A stretch of DNA of 64,000 nucleotides from a bacterium UBP13_UBA5359 (GCA_002410925.1 DHPR01000033.1:392397-456396), one strand, 5' to 3'; positions 10,276 to 20,825 are shown, counted from the first letter of the stretch. Numbers and translations: made by a program. Notes: generated by a model from the sequence alone, not told the origin.

Positions 10276-11724
10276 TTACTTTCTGAGAAGATTAATCTCC
10301 AGCTCGAAAGCTTCCGTCCTTTGGCGCCAGACTGCTCTGAGCTCTATACAATGTAGATAGCGTCCTAAAGAGAATTCACTATCCCAGATATCGCCGACAG
10401 AAAGATCATAAATTGTTTTAAATCCAATATTCCATGCGCGGCCAATATCTCTATTTACAGCTCCCTCAAAACGATGCGGTGCGCTCAGACGATCAGAGAT
10501 AAAGGGCGTATTCCCCCAGATCTTATTCCAACCGTAACTCAGCGCAAAATCGGTATGCTTGTCTGGTTTCCCGGCATAATCAAGCGTAATGCCGATAGAA
10601 GAGTATGTATCATCAGTGCCATACCAATGCTTCCTCATATTAAGGCGATATTCGGCGCTCTCTCTATCTCCACCGATAAGATCACCGCTCCTGGCCTGAA
10701 ATTGCATGCCTGCCCGGTAGCTCCGGATATCTGTAGGCATTTCGTAAATACTTCCATATTCCATTCCCAGTCCGACCCTGTGTTTAAGCAAAGCAAACTC
10801 TTTGGTGTGAATAGAGAGATTGGGAGCATAGCTCACTCTGCAATCGGGATGATCAGGCACTGTCCGGTTATGCTCCATAGAAAATTCCAGGTTATATGCA
10901 GGCTCCTCTCTCTGTATGTTCAATCTCCCACCAATCTTGTTACCAATCCTCAAATCGGCCGATACAGATGTAAATTCATCCAGTGGTTGGCTATAGGCTG
11001 TGGAAAGATGCCAGCCGTAATAAGTGTCATAGCTGACGGAGGGCAGCGCCTTCGTGCATTTATCATGCAAATTCCAACGATATTGCGGTAGATAGAATAC
11101 CCTGTAGCGTCCTATCCAGACGCCGATATTGCGCAAAAGAATATCACCGTTAGAGTAGTAATCCATGCGCTTTGTCGTCAGACGATAATGGGGGTTCGGT
11201 AAAGAGCAGGTAGTAAAGGTTCCTTCCAATACGCTTATCAGCCGGCGTGATGCCTCTACTCTTTTACCGCTAAAATAGATATCCTCGACGCTTCCCCTGC
11301 CATCCTCTATAACTGCACGATCTGCCTTGATATCATATTTCACCCTTGAGCCGCGGATGATACGGTCACCACTGAAGAGGGCGACATTTCCCAGAGCCGT
11401 AACCATGCCTGAAAGAGGCTCAAGAAGAATGCTGTCAGCGGCCAGGCGGTTACCGGCATATGTTATCAAAGCATTGCCGCGTGCCTGCCCTGTGCCTCGG
11501 GCAGGATCATACTCTATCACATCAGCTTCAAGTTTAATAAGAGGGGTTTCATCTCCGGAAGTGCCTCCAATAGGCATAGCAGCCATATCAATATCAGCTA
11601 TACAGATGCCCCCAGGCACCATGCAAATCATACCGGCAACACAAAATACGGTAATGACCTTGAATATTCCCGTCAGCCTTATCAAGCTCCACCATCCCCC
11701 GTCTTCTCGCAACTTGTTTCTCAT
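10276..11724 (-). CDS. lptD: LPS-assembly protein LptD-like (OstA N-terminal domain plus beta-barrel)
   Basis: LEADVIEYD...GNALITY OstA-type region, GTFTTCSLPNPHY motif, C-terminal LHC and terminal beta strand; located in the Lpt cluster. Confidence 0.7.
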   Translation of the reverse strand: MRNKLREDGGWWSLIRLTGIFKVITVFCVAGMICMVPGGICIADIDMAAMPIGGTSGDETPLIKLEADVIEYDPARGTGQARGNALITYAGNRLAADSILLEPLSGMVTALGNVALFSGDRIIRGSRVKYDIKADRAVIEDGRGSVEDIYFSGKRVEASRRLISVLEGTFTTCSLPNPHYRLTTKRMDYYSNGDILLRNIGVWIGRYRVFYLPQYRWNLHDKCTKALPSVSYDTYYGWHLSTAYSQPLDEFTSVSADLRIGNKIGGRLNIQREEPAYNLEFSMEHNRTVPDHPDCRVSYAPNLSIHTKEFALLKHRVGLGMEYGSIYEMPTDIRSYRAGMQFQARSGDLIGGDRESAEYRLNMRKHWYGTDDTYSSIGITLDYAGKPDKHTDFALSYGWNKIWGNTPFISDRLSAPHRFEGAVNRDIGRAWNIGFKTIYDLSVGDIWDSEFSLGRYLHCIELRAVWRQRTEAFELEINLLRK

Positions 11725-11900
11725 TCCCGGTTATTCGCCAATGCCTTCTCCTTTTTCAGATCATGCTCCTGCCCGGGCTTTCAGCATAAAGCAGCAACGG
11801 GTATCCGGTATCGAAGAGCAAGAAGAGATTCCGCTTCTGCTTCCAACATTTAAAATTCGCCGTCGCCGAAGATTATTCCTTCGATCAGCAGGCCATAAAA

Positions 11901-11937
11901 ATAAACGGGACTCTGTACGATACGGAGTCCCGTTTAT
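11901..11937 (-). terminator. Intrinsic terminator after ompM copy 2
   Basis: ATAAACGGGACTC...GAGTCCCGTTTAT hairpin with a T tract on the minus strand. Confidence 0.8.
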
Positions 11938-11961
11938 GTTCGCCTTTATTTTATGAAGTTC

Positions 11962-13923
11962 TTAGAACTTCACGTTCAATGTAGCCCTGGTTACATTTGA
12001 CTGGCTGTCACGACCAAGGTCGATATTCTCACTGTAATCGATCATCATATGCTGCAATGCCAGGTAGTTATCGGCATTGAGCTTATAAGCCACGCCCAGG
12101 CTGGCTATGTCCTGAGACATCCTGCCGGCAAGCCCGGCATCGTCAAAAGTAACTTTACGGTTCTTAAAGGAACCGAGCAATGTAAATGAATCTGACAGAT
12201 CAAAGGCGGCATCCACCAGATATGTTCTGAAGATACCGTCGGATAGGCCAGTATCCTCCACCTGGCTTAAACGCTCATAACCCAAGGCCACACGCAGAGG
12301 TGTGCCATCATTACCGTTGAATACGGCTGAAACAGGATTAAGAAGATCTGCCCTGATATTGCCCAGGCCGACCAATGCGCCGTAACCGCGGATATTATTG
12401 TTCAAATCTTGCAGATCATTGACCGGATTAGGTGCTTGGCCCAAATTGAACCGATCCAGGAACGTACCCAAGCTGGGGCCATGAGCATTGAACATGGTAG
12501 CCGAAGAGGGATCCCCATAGTAGGAGAAGAATGGATTGGTCGCGCTGCCTATCTGCAAATAGTAGGCATCTGCGGGACCCACCGCGGCTCCCAGCTTATA
12601 GGCCATACCGTTAGCGGAACCGTAAATGCTGCTATCAACGCTGCTGTCGGCATACTCGGCCTTGAAATCAAAGGGGCCGGCATTGATACCGGCATCGACG
12701 CTCCAGACACGATTTTTTGCCTGGCCTAAAAACGTGATATCTGCAGCTCCTGTCCCCGACTCGTCATTCACCCTGACATAAGTAGCTCCCAAGTCCAGCA
12801 TCGACATGGGGCTGATGGTTGTCCTGGCTGCAAAGAGGGTCTGCGGATACTGTGCAATATCCGTAGTATTTTCAAGTATTTCATCTCTTGTCCGGCTGAA
12901 GAGGACAGTTGTTCTGAATGCACCCAGATCGGCAGCCAGCTTGGCGCCGCTGAAGTACCAGTCATTGCCAAAGGCCGGCAACTGCTCCAGTATACTCCGG
13001 CTGGAATTAGCCAGCGTAAATGGTGTAAAGAAAGCATTGAAAATGCCCAAATCAAGACGATTGGCGCCGGAAACAACAAAGAGCCCCAAATCGGTGTCGA
13101 AGCTGTCCAGATTGGACAATGCCGCTTTGCTTAGGTTATCGTTAGTTGTAAATATTCTGGCACCCAGCCCAAGGCTCTTGGAGAGATTGAAGCCGATACT
13201 GACATCAAATGCCGCTCCGGCGTTGAACCCTTCGTCCAAAGGACGATCATATTCATTAACCGAACCTGACCCGTATTCAGTTAATGATACGCTGCGCGCG
13301 GCAACGCCGCCCTTGATGCCGAAGGTCACGAGCTCTTCCGGCTGCGGGCGATTCTCCAGTCTGGTTACCCTCGTTTCAAGATTGCCAACTCTGCCTTCAA
13401 GCGCGGTGAGCTTTTTCTGCACATCATCGACACGAACGCCGAGAGCGGTCAGCTCGGTTCTCAGATTATCCACCAGCTTCTGCAGCTTTGCAATATCCTC
13501 CTTGGTAGCCAGATTAGCCAGACGGCGCTCAAATTCCGCCTTGGTCACATAGCTGTTGAGCGTAGTCTGCAACTCCGTTTTAGTAGGATAACCCTTAAGA
13601 GTATTCTGCAGCTCTGTCTTTGTGGGATAACTATTAAGTCTGGTCTGCAGTTCGGTCTTGGTTACATATTTGGAAAGATCGGCCGATTCCGGCAGGCTCT
13701 CCAGCAACCTGGACAGAACAACCGCCAGTTCATAGCGGGTTACCGCTCTGTCGCCGCGAAAAGTATCATCAGGATACCCAACGAAGATACCACGGCTGTA
13801 AAGATCACCAATAGCCTGAACAGCCCAGTGATCAGCCGGCACATCGGCCGGCACCTGTGCCGATGCAGGCACGATGGTAGCCAGCACTAATAGCGCCACC
13901 AACAATAAAATCTGTTTTTTCAT
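11962..13923 (-). CDS. ompM: SLH-domain outer membrane porin/tether (OmpM/SlpA-like), copy 2
   Basis: Same architecture as 8119-10179: signal peptide, SLH, repeats, coiled coil, barrel ending TLNVKF. Confidence 0.85.
   Translation of the reverse strand: MKKQILLLVALLVLATIVPASAQVPADVPADHWAVQAIGDLYSRGIFVGYPDDTFRGDRAVTRYELAVVLSRLLESLPESADLSKYVTKTELQTRLNSYPTKTELQNTLKGYPTKTELQTTLNSYVTKAEFERRLANLATKEDIAKLQKLVDNLRTELTALGVRVDDVQKKLTALEGRVGNLETRVTRLENRPQPEELVTFGIKGGVAARSVSLTEYGSGSVNEYDRPLDEGFNAGAAFDVSIGFNLSKSLGLGARIFTTNDNLSKAALSNLDSFDTDLGLFVVSGANRLDLGIFNAFFTPFTLANSSRSILEQLPAFGNDWYFSGAKLAADLGAFRTTVLFSRTRDEILENTTDIAQYPQTLFAARTTISPMSMLDLGATYVRVNDESGTGAADITFLGQAKNRVWSVDAGINAGPFDFKAEYADSSVDSSIYGSANGMAYKLGAAVGPADAYYLQIGSATNPFFSYYGDPSSATMFNAHGPSLGTFLDRFNLGQAPNPVNDLQDLNNNIRGYGALVGLGNIRADLLNPVSAVFNGNDGTPLRVALGYERLSQVEDTGLSDGIFRTYLVDAAFDLSDSFTLLGSFKNRKVTFDDAGLAGRMSQDIASLGVAYKLNADNYLALQHMMIDYSENIDLGRDSQSNVTRATLNVKF
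13495..13677 (-). repeat. Tandem 13-aa repeats in the OmpM copy 2 stalk
   Basis: KYVTKTELQTRLN/SYPTKTELQNTLK/GYPTKTELQTTLN/SYVTKAEFERRLA/NLATKED. Confidence 0.85.
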
Positions 13924-14072
13924 TTTGCCCTCCCTCTCTACCTCTGTTATGCTTTATGTTACGACTACGAGATAATGTTCTACAGCAGCAAGCGAAATTC
14001 CTCTTATTCACCTGCTCTGTAAGCGCTTTTTACAACTTTATATTATACCCTAATCAGCTAAAAAAGAAACCC

Positions 14073-14465
14073 CTATTTTGAAAGATATCGCTCAATCAGT
14101 ATCCGGGCTACATAATCGTCATAGTCAACGGGGGGCAAAAGAAAGGATACCGGTATCAAGCGTCGCCAGCCTCGCGGCGGATTAATTTCAAAATATTTCC
14201 GCCTGGCTTCGAGTGTACTCCCCGTTTCATCAACGCATATAGGAGAGCCATATCCCAGGCGTGACAGGATCCAAGCTACGGATGAGGCCGCCGTTCCGGT
14301 TCCAAGCAGCACAACCTCCGGCGAATATAACTCCTTTATCAAAGCCAGTTCATCCGACAGCTTGCGGCAGGATACCACTTTACTGATAAGAATATCGCCA
14401 TTTTCATCAGCAACCGCCAGGCCGCACTTTGACCGGCCGGGATCTATAGCCATAAGATGGTTCAT
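14073..14465 (-). CDS. YqgF/RuvX-like RNase H-fold nuclease
   Basis: AIDPGRSKCGLAV, VDETGSTLEAR and DDYVARIL motifs. Confidence 0.85.
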   Translation of the reverse strand: MNHLMAIDPGRSKCGLAVADENGDILISKVVSCRKLSDELALIKELYSPEVVLLGTGTAASSVAWILSRLGYGSPICVDETGSTLEARRKYFEINPPRGWRRLIPVSFLLPPVDYDDYVARILIERYLSK

Positions 14466-15709
14466 ATATCATGCTCAACGGCAAAGTCTATCATCAACGG
14501 TCCGCTTGTCCAAGTATCGAAGGCGGCCTTGACGGAAAAATCAACTTCCTTGCCATATCCCTTTATATTTCTTATAGTATCAAGGATACGAAAGGCGGAA
14601 ATACTTCCTACCGTACCCTCTTCCGGGTCGGGCAAGACACCTTTCAACAGGGCAGTCTCTCTGACACGGCGCAGCAGCTTGATAATCTCTTCACCAATTG
14701 CTTCCTGTGTTTTGCTCCCATCAATTCTGGCGTTGATAATCGCTTCACCTCGTCTGAAAATCAGCTTGTTCTCCATGATATGGAAGGAGAGAAGAACGGG
14801 CTCCCCCGGCGTCGTATTGGTAAATGATGAAACTGTAACAACACTATTGCGTTTTGCTTCTGCCAGCAACCTCACAGCATGTTCAAATTGCTCACGGCTC
14901 CAATACACACCGTTACCGACTGCAAGCCTCTTTTCTCTTAAGGCCGAGACAGCATCACGAGCACTTCTGGCACCCATACGCACTGCGGTTTTGTCGGCTT
15001 CATCAATCAGCGCGAGCAATTTAGCCCTGCATTTTGTAGGGTTATAATAATCCGGAACAGCTCCCAGCGTCAGTACCTGGTCAGCCCGAAAAACGACCTG
15101 GCCGCGCTCCTTGACAATGGCCATACGCCGGGCAAAGGCTCTTACATCTACCACATCGGTTTTTAAACGCTCTATCTCCTTCAACAGGGAACGCTTGCTG
15201 GCATTAAGTTTTGCTACCTCATTCTCTGCCGATGATAGTTTAACAGATGTTGATGCATAATCTCTTTTGAGCATGGAAATAGCCCTTTCCAGCTTTTGCA
15301 ACTCATCATTTTTATGCTCAAGCTCTTTCGTAGCCTTACTCAGCTGCTGCTTGAGAACCTTTTCCTTTGATGCATAATCAGTGGAAATCTTATATAATTT
15401 ACCACGCAAAAGAACCAGCTGCGTATTACGCTGGCTGATTTGCGCATTAAGATAGAGAAGTTTTTTTCCCAGCTTCTCTACCCCGAAGAGCGCCAGGCGC
15501 GCCTGCTCTGAAAGCAGTAAAATAGCTCCCAGAGTAAGCATAGTAATAAGCATACCGGTAACAATCGTAACCAGAGTAGCCGTATGACGTGGACGCAATC
15601 CCAGAAGGCTACGTCTTTTTCTGCCCACATTGCTACCCAGACGATCGCCTATCAAAGCTATAGCGCCGCTGACTACAACGAGGATGGCTATAAACAAAAA
15701 GCTGAACAC
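14462..15709 (-). CDS. DUF3084 domain membrane-anchored coiled-coil protein
   Basis: GAIALIGDRLGSNVGRKRRSLLGLRPRHTA N-terminus, two TM helices and a long coiled coil. Confidence 0.85.
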   Translation of the reverse strand: MFSFLFIAILVVVSGAIALIGDRLGSNVGRKRRSLLGLRPRHTATLVTIVTGMLITMLTLGAILLLSEQARLALFGVEKLGKKLLYLNAQISQRNTQLVLLRGKLYKISTDYASKEKVLKQQLSKATKELEHKNDELQKLERAISMLKRDYASTSVKLSSAENEVAKLNASKRSLLKEIERLKTDVVDVRAFARRMAIVKERGQVVFRADQVLTLGAVPDYYNPTKCRAKLLALIDEADKTAVRMGARSARDAVSALREKRLAVGNGVYWSREQFEHAVRLLAEAKRNSVVTVSSFTNTTPGEPVLLSFHIMENKLIFRRGEAIINARIDGSKTQEAIGEEIIKLLRRVRETALLKGVLPDPEEGTVGSISAFRILDTIRNIKGYGKEVDFSVKAAFDTWTSGPLMIDFAVEHDI

Positions 15710-15733
15710 CTTACCGACCTCCTATTATCATGC

Positions 15734-16825
15734 CTATGCCTGTCGAATTGCTCGCCCAATCAGAACTATTCCGGCAACGGCCACAATGCCGTTGGCCATC
15801 CAGGCCGCCATCCACGGGGGCATATTACCGCTTTGCCCGAGCCTTAAGCCTAGAGTCATCAAAACATAATAGATAAATATGATAACCAGGCTTAGTCCAA
15901 CTCCCATAGAGGAAGAACTTCTATGCGGCTTCAAACCTAAAGGCACCCCAATAAGCGCAAATATGAAACTGGCAAACGGCACAGCAAACTTCATATGCAG
16001 CTGCGTCATAAGAGGCGCAGTATTCTCTCCCTCCCTGGCAAGGATTGCAACCAGTTGCCTTATCTCACCGGCACTCATATCTTCAGGACGCTTTCGGCGC
16101 TGCAAGAGGTGTTCCGGCGTATTGGAGAGAAGCAAGCATTGCCGCTTGAATTCTATCTTATAGGTTCTACCTTCGGCATTCATTCTCTGAGAAAAACCGT
16201 TTACCAGATTCCACATGCGTCCGCTCCAGACAGCCTTTCTGGCATAAGTTAGAGCAATTGGCCTGCCGCCGGCATCCTTTTCCAGTATGGAAACGCCCTG
16301 CATCTCTTTGCGCGCCGCATCAAAGGTATCTGCAGAGATAATACGTGAAGACTTTTCACCGCGTTCCTGCAAAAGCACATTTCTCGCCTTGCTCTTCAAT
16401 TCTTTGCCTTCGGAGAAGCTGATGACGATGGCTTCAGAGAGAGAATTGGCCATGGGAACAACCGTTTCATTTAAAAATATCCCGGCCAGACTAACAATCG
16501 TTGCCATAGCAATGACCGGTCCGAGGCACCTTATCAGACTTATACCCCCGGCTTGCATAGCAATTATCTCACTATCAGCCGAAAGCCGCCCGAAAGAGAG
16601 CAATGTAGCTACCAGCATAGCCATAGGGAAGCTCATGGCTGCTATACCGGGCAACCCCAATACAAGTATTTTAGCCACACCGATAAGAGGGGCACCATTA
16701 TCAACCATCAGGCGGCTTAAATCGAGTATTCTGCCGGCAACCAGTGCTATGGTAAATACCGCTATCCCAAATAGGAATGGACCTCTTAATTCCGATAATA
16801 TATATCTGTCAATCAATCGTCTCAC
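15734..16825 (-). CDS. LptF/LptG family LPS export permease
   Basis: IDRYILSEL, GRLSADSEIIAMQAGGIS, KFAVPFA and PPWMAAW motifs. Confidence 0.92.
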   Translation of the reverse strand: MRRLIDRYILSELRGPFLFGIAVFTIALVAGRILDLSRLMVDNGAPLIGVAKILVLGLPGIAAMSFPMAMLVATLLSFGRLSADSEIIAMQAGGISLIRCLGPVIAMATIVSLAGIFLNETVVPMANSLSEAIVISFSEGKELKSKARNVLLQERGEKSSRIISADTFDAARKEMQGVSILEKDAGGRPIALTYARKAVWSGRMWNLVNGFSQRMNAEGRTYKIEFKRQCLLLSNTPEHLLQRRKRPEDMSAGEIRQLVAILAREGENTAPLMTQLHMKFAVPFASFIFALIGVPLGLKPHRSSSSMGVGLSLVIIFIYYVLMTLGLRLGQSGNMPPWMAAWMANGIVAVAGIVLIGRAIRQA

Positions 16826-17559
16826 AGAGAGAACCTCTCTCCTAGATAAAACTCCCTGGCTACCGGGCTGTCACTTATCTCTGTTGAAGTACCCGATAGC
16901 AGTATTCTGCCGTCATGCATCAAATAAGCCCTCTCCGTAATAGAGAGCGTTTCTCTGACGTTATGATCGGTTATCAGAACTCCCAAACCCCTATCTCTGA
17001 GATGCATTATCAGTTCCTGCAGCTCTCCAATAGCGATAGGATCTATACCGGTAAACGGTTCATCAAGCAGAATAAAGGATGGTGATGCCGCCAACGAACG
17101 TGCTATCTCCACCCGACGCCTTTCTCCCCCTGACAGAGCGCTGCCGTTTCTGCCGGCAAGATGAGCTATATTAAATTCCTGCATCAGCGATTCAGCCCGC
17201 TCAACCTGCTCCTTTCCATGCAATCCGGCAGCCTGGCAAACCATTAATATGTTATCTCTGACGCTGAGACGACGAAAGATGGATGCTTCCTGTGCCAGAT
17301 AGCCTATACCCATAAGGGCTCTTTTATGCATCGGCTTGTTGGTAATCTCCTCGCTATCAATGACAACCTTTCCCTCATCGGCACGCACAAGGCCTACCAT
17401 CATATAAAAGGTAGTGGTCTTGCCTGCTCCGTTAGGGCCAAGCAAACCTACTATCTCGCCGCGTTCTAAATTTAAACATACTCTATTCACGACAGTCCTG
17501 GCACCATACCTCTTAACCAATCCTGTGCCTGCAATGCTCTCAGCCATTCTTATCTGCAT
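16822..17559 (-). CDS. lptB: LPS export ABC transporter ATPase LptB
   Basis: GLLGPNGAGKTT, YLAQEASIFRRL, LSGGERRRVEIAR, LDEPF, ITDHNVRETL, YLGE. The true start may be ATG 17547. Confidence 0.95.
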   Translation of the reverse strand: MQIRMAESIAGTGLVKRYGARTVVNRVCLNLERGEIVGLLGPNGAGKTTTFYMMVGLVRADEGKVVIDSEEITNKPMHKRALMGIGYLAQEASIFRRLSVRDNILMVCQAAGLHGKEQVERAESLMQEFNIAHLAGRNGSALSGGERRRVEIARSLAASPSFILLDEPFTGIDPIAIGELQELIMHLRDRGLGVLITDHNVRETLSITERAYLMHDGRILLSGTSTEISDSPVAREFYLGERFSL

Positions 17560-18133
17560 CCTCTAAAGGCATTTCCAGCCGGGCATTTCCCTCAGCCCTT
17601 ATCAATCCGCTCGTAAAGAGCATCCTCTCTGCGCTGATGCTCTTATCAGCCTGCCAGGCCTTTACGGCACCACTAAGAGTAATCTCCTTCGAGGCAACTT
17701 TATAGATAGCCGTCTCGCAAACAGCCCTTATATCTTCACGCTGAAGACGCACATCACCGCTGGCAGCGAATACCTGCTTTTCCATCTCCATTTTTTTACT
17801 CGACAGGGTAATACCCTCGCCCGCAAGGAGAGGATTGCCGGTTACTGTTACACGCCTGCTTTTGCCTTTGCTGTAAAAAAGCGCCTCTCCTCCGGTTATC
17901 TTACAACTATTCTCTCTTATTTTAACTGAACCAGCCGCTTTAAAGAGTCCTGTATCTGTTTGATAATCTATTCTGTCCGCCTCTATAATCGCAGCCTCGG
18001 CAGGACAGAATCCCAAGAGCAAAGACAGATAAAGAAAGCCCAGAAAGATTCCAAGCACCATGCCTGGAGCATCGTACCGCCGCAAAGCATCGAATTTAAT
18101 AAAAGGGAAGAACCTTTTGCAATAATAAATCAT
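17540..18133 (-). CDS. LptA/OstA-like periplasmic LPS transport protein
   Basis: IEADRIDY...AAGSVKI and ASGDVRL/LSGAVKAWQ beta-jellyroll repeats; directly upstream of lptB. Confidence 0.7.
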   Translation of the reverse strand: MIYYCKRFFPFIKFDALRRYDAPGMVLGIFLGFLYLSLLLGFCPAEAAIIEADRIDYQTDTGLFKAAGSVKIRENSCKITGGEALFYSKGKSRRVTVTGNPLLAGEGITLSSKKMEMEKQVFAASGDVRLQREDIRAVCETAIYKVASKEITLSGAVKAWQADKSISAERMLFTSGLIRAEGNARLEMPLEDADKNG

Positions 18134-18471
18134 AAGAATTACCCTCCTCTCTTAATTCTAACCTCTTTCCTCTTTTTAGCTATAGAAGAGAACACCGGCG
18201 CCTATGCCATAAGGACAGGCGCCGGCGACAGTAGCATTATTATAATAGATTTCGACGCAATAGGCCAATATCCTACTAAAGAAAAATGTGCATGCCAGAC
18301 TAAGTATACAACGCCGGATACCCGCTTCTGCAATAGTTAGATCATTACCCGACATGCACATGCCTTGTGAAATGCATCTTTATACGATAGAATTAATAAG
18401 GTCTCGATGGCCTTGAGCTGCTAATAGTAACTATTGATATTGCTACATAATAGATGAAAGGTATCGATAAT

Positions 18472-19221
18472 ATGCTTCAGCAAAGTATTTCAGTAATCCT
18501 CCCAGCATTTAACGAAGAAGCAAATATTGAACAAGCAGTCAAGCTATCCCTGGAGATAATGCCAGACTATTTCAGTGAGGTAGAGATCATACCGGTAAAC
18601 GACGGCAGTGCGGATGCCACAGGCGCTCTTATCGAGCGCCTGGCTGATAATGATCCGCGAGTAAGACCGGTTCATCACTCTGTTAACAGGGGTTACGGCG
18701 CTGCTTTACGTTCCGGGTTCGAGGCCGTCGGCGGCGAGCTGATATTCTTTACCGATGCGGATAACCAATTCGACCTCCATGAGATAACCTTGCTGATAGA
18801 GAGATTGAAAGAAGCGGATATGATTATCGGATATAGAATTCGGCGTAACGATCATTTTATGCGCATTGTCAATGCTTTTCTGTATAACATGCTGATACGG
18901 GTATTATTCGGACTGAAGGTAAGAGATATTGATTGCGCCTTCAAGCTTTTCCGGCGCGATCTGCTAAAAGAGATAAAGCTCGAATCTGATGGTGCGCTCA
19001 TTAGCGCAGAACTGCTTATCAAAGCCAAAATGTCCGGTTGCAGTATAACCGAGGTCGGAGTTCATCACTTTCCACGCCTGACAGGAGAGCAGACCGGTGC
19101 TAATCTTAAAGTTATCTTAAAGGCCTTCGTAGAAATATTTAAATTCTACAGCAAGCTTAAACATTCTACCACTGCCCACTGCTCTTGCAAATGTGCTTCC
19201 GGCAAGAAAGGCTGCTGCTAA
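18472..19221 (+). CDS. GT2 glycosyltransferase (polyprenol-phosphate glycosyltransferase, ArnC/DPM1-like)
   Basis: SVILPAFNEE, VNDGSAD, NRGYGAA, TDADNQF and DIDCAFKLF motifs. Confidence 0.9.
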   Translation: MLQQSISVILPAFNEEANIEQAVKLSLEIMPDYFSEVEIIPVNDGSADATGALIERLADNDPRVRPVHHSVNRGYGAALRSGFEAVGGELIFFTDADNQFDLHEITLLIERLKEADMIIGYRIRRNDHFMRIVNAFLYNMLIRVLFGLKVRDIDCAFKLFRRDLLKEIKLESDGALISAELLIKAKMSGCSITEVGVHHFPRLTGEQTGANLKVILKAFVEIFKFYSKLKHSTTAHCSCKCASGKKGCC

Positions 19222-19223
19222 TT

Positions 19224-20825
19224 ATGAATAATGAAAAAAAACGTACAATTTGGACTCCGGGCATGATGCTGCTGTCATCCTTCTCGATAGTTACAATCAT
19301 TCTTCTCCTTAATCTGGGTGCTACCACACTATTCGATATGGATGAGCCTACCTATGCTCAGATAGCTCGAGAAATAGTTAAAACGGGAGACTGGATAACC
19401 TTGCGTTTCAATGGTTTGCCATGGTTTGATAAACCACCTCTCTTCTTCTGGCTGATTGGAGCATCCTTTAAACTCTTTGGCTTTAACGAATTTGCCGTTC
19501 GTCTGCCGTCCGCCCTTGCGGCTTTGGGAACGCTGATAATTACATATCTTTTAGGTTGTGCCTACTTTGGCAATCAGCGGCAGGGAATTAAAACCATGCT
19601 TATAACGGCCGGATGCTTGCAGTTCTATGTCATTGCCCGCCTGGCAGTGGTCGATATGCTTCTGACATTTTTTATTACCCTTGCAATCTACTCTTTTGTG
19701 CTATGGCGCCAGGGCAAGAAAAATGCTATTTTACTAAGTTATGTGGCTATGGCGCTGGCTACAATGACCAAAGGACCGGTAGGCGCTATAATACCGGCAG
19801 CGGTAATCATTATCTATCTTGCGCAGCAACACCGACTTCGAGATATATTGAAGATGAAACCTCTATCCGGATTGCTTATCTACTTTCTTCTGGCCGCACC
19901 ATGGTATCTGGCTGAATACAATCTATACGGCAAGGTATTCATCGATGAATTTTTCGGTCATCGCACATTCACAAGATACCTACAACCTCTGGAACAGCAA
20001 AGCGGCCCCATATATTTCTATATTGTTTTCTTATTGATCGGCCTCTTTCCGTGGTCTCTCTTCCTTCCGAGCGCCATTACCGCATCTATCAAGAATAGAA
20101 GAGACCCCCTGCCTCTTATCTGGGCAGGTTTTATTTTTCTTTTTTTTACCGGAGCAGCTACCAAGCTTCCAAATTACATGCTTCCCCTTTATCCGGCTCT
20201 GGCTCTGACCATAGCCGGCATATGGCCTGAGAGCAATCCGCTCGATATTCGGGGACAACGGCGGGCCTATGGTGGAGCAATAGCATTAATAGCGGCTTCC
20301 GCCTTGCTGACATGGGGTATCTTTTGGCTGGCGCATAACAAGCTGGACCAGGCGGTAGCAACAGAGCAGATCAAACGAATACTCCCCGTACTAATGATAT
20401 TACCGGCAGGCTTTTCAATCTCCTGCCTTGCTGCGGCCTTAAGGCGAGAGGGCGCTATTATCTATAAAGGTATTACCTTAACGGCTTTATCCTTTATAAC
20501 GCTCTTAGGGTTATTGATATTTCCAGCGCTTAATGCCACCAAACCGCTGCCTGAACTGGCTGCTGAGGCTGCAACCTTGTTGGGGAACGATGAACCTATA
20601 TACAGTTATGAGATGTTCAATGCCAGTATAACTTACTATTCCGAACGTAGAATGCTCCGTGTGAAGTCATTACAAGAGGTTTCAAAAGCATTACAGCACC
20701 GAGAGAATATGTTGATGCTTGTCAAGCAGATAAACTATGATGCTTTTCCGACGCATATCAAAGACAGCTTCGAAACAGCAGCATCGGCAGGAAATATTCT
20801 GCTGCTCAAAGAGATACCGAAGTAA
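19224..20825 (+). CDS. ArnT-like GT-C glycosyltransferase (PMT_2 family)
   Basis: DMDEPTYAQIAREI, WFDKPPLFFW, RLPSAL, TKGP and KLPNYMLP motifs; multiple TM segments. Confidence 0.88.
   Translation: MNNEKKRTIWTPGMMLLSSFSIVTIILLLNLGATTLFDMDEPTYAQIAREIVKTGDWITLRFNGLPWFDKPPLFFWLIGASFKLFGFNEFAVRLPSALAALGTLIITYLLGCAYFGNQRQGIKTMLITAGCLQFYVIARLAVVDMLLTFFITLAIYSFVLWRQGKKNAILLSYVAMALATMTKGPVGAIIPAAVIIIYLAQQHRLRDILKMKPLSGLLIYFLLAAPWYLAEYNLYGKVFIDEFFGHRTFTRYLQPLEQQSGPIYFYIVFLLIGLFPWSLFLPSAITASIKNRRDPLPLIWAGFIFLFFTGAATKLPNYMLPLYPALALTIAGIWPESNPLDIRGQRRAYGGAIALIAASALLTWGIFWLAHNKLDQAVATEQIKRILPVLMILPAGFSISCLAAALRREGAIIYKGITLTALSFITLLGLLIFPALNATKPLPELAAEAATLLGNDEPIYSYEMFNASITYYSERRMLRVKSLQEVSKALQHRENMLMLVKQINYDAFPTHIKDSFETAASAGNILLLKEIPK

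Noticed and set aside
18176-18361. 61-aa ORF as the missing lptC
   Set aside because: It is too short, has no LptC-like pattern and lies in a divergent promoter region.
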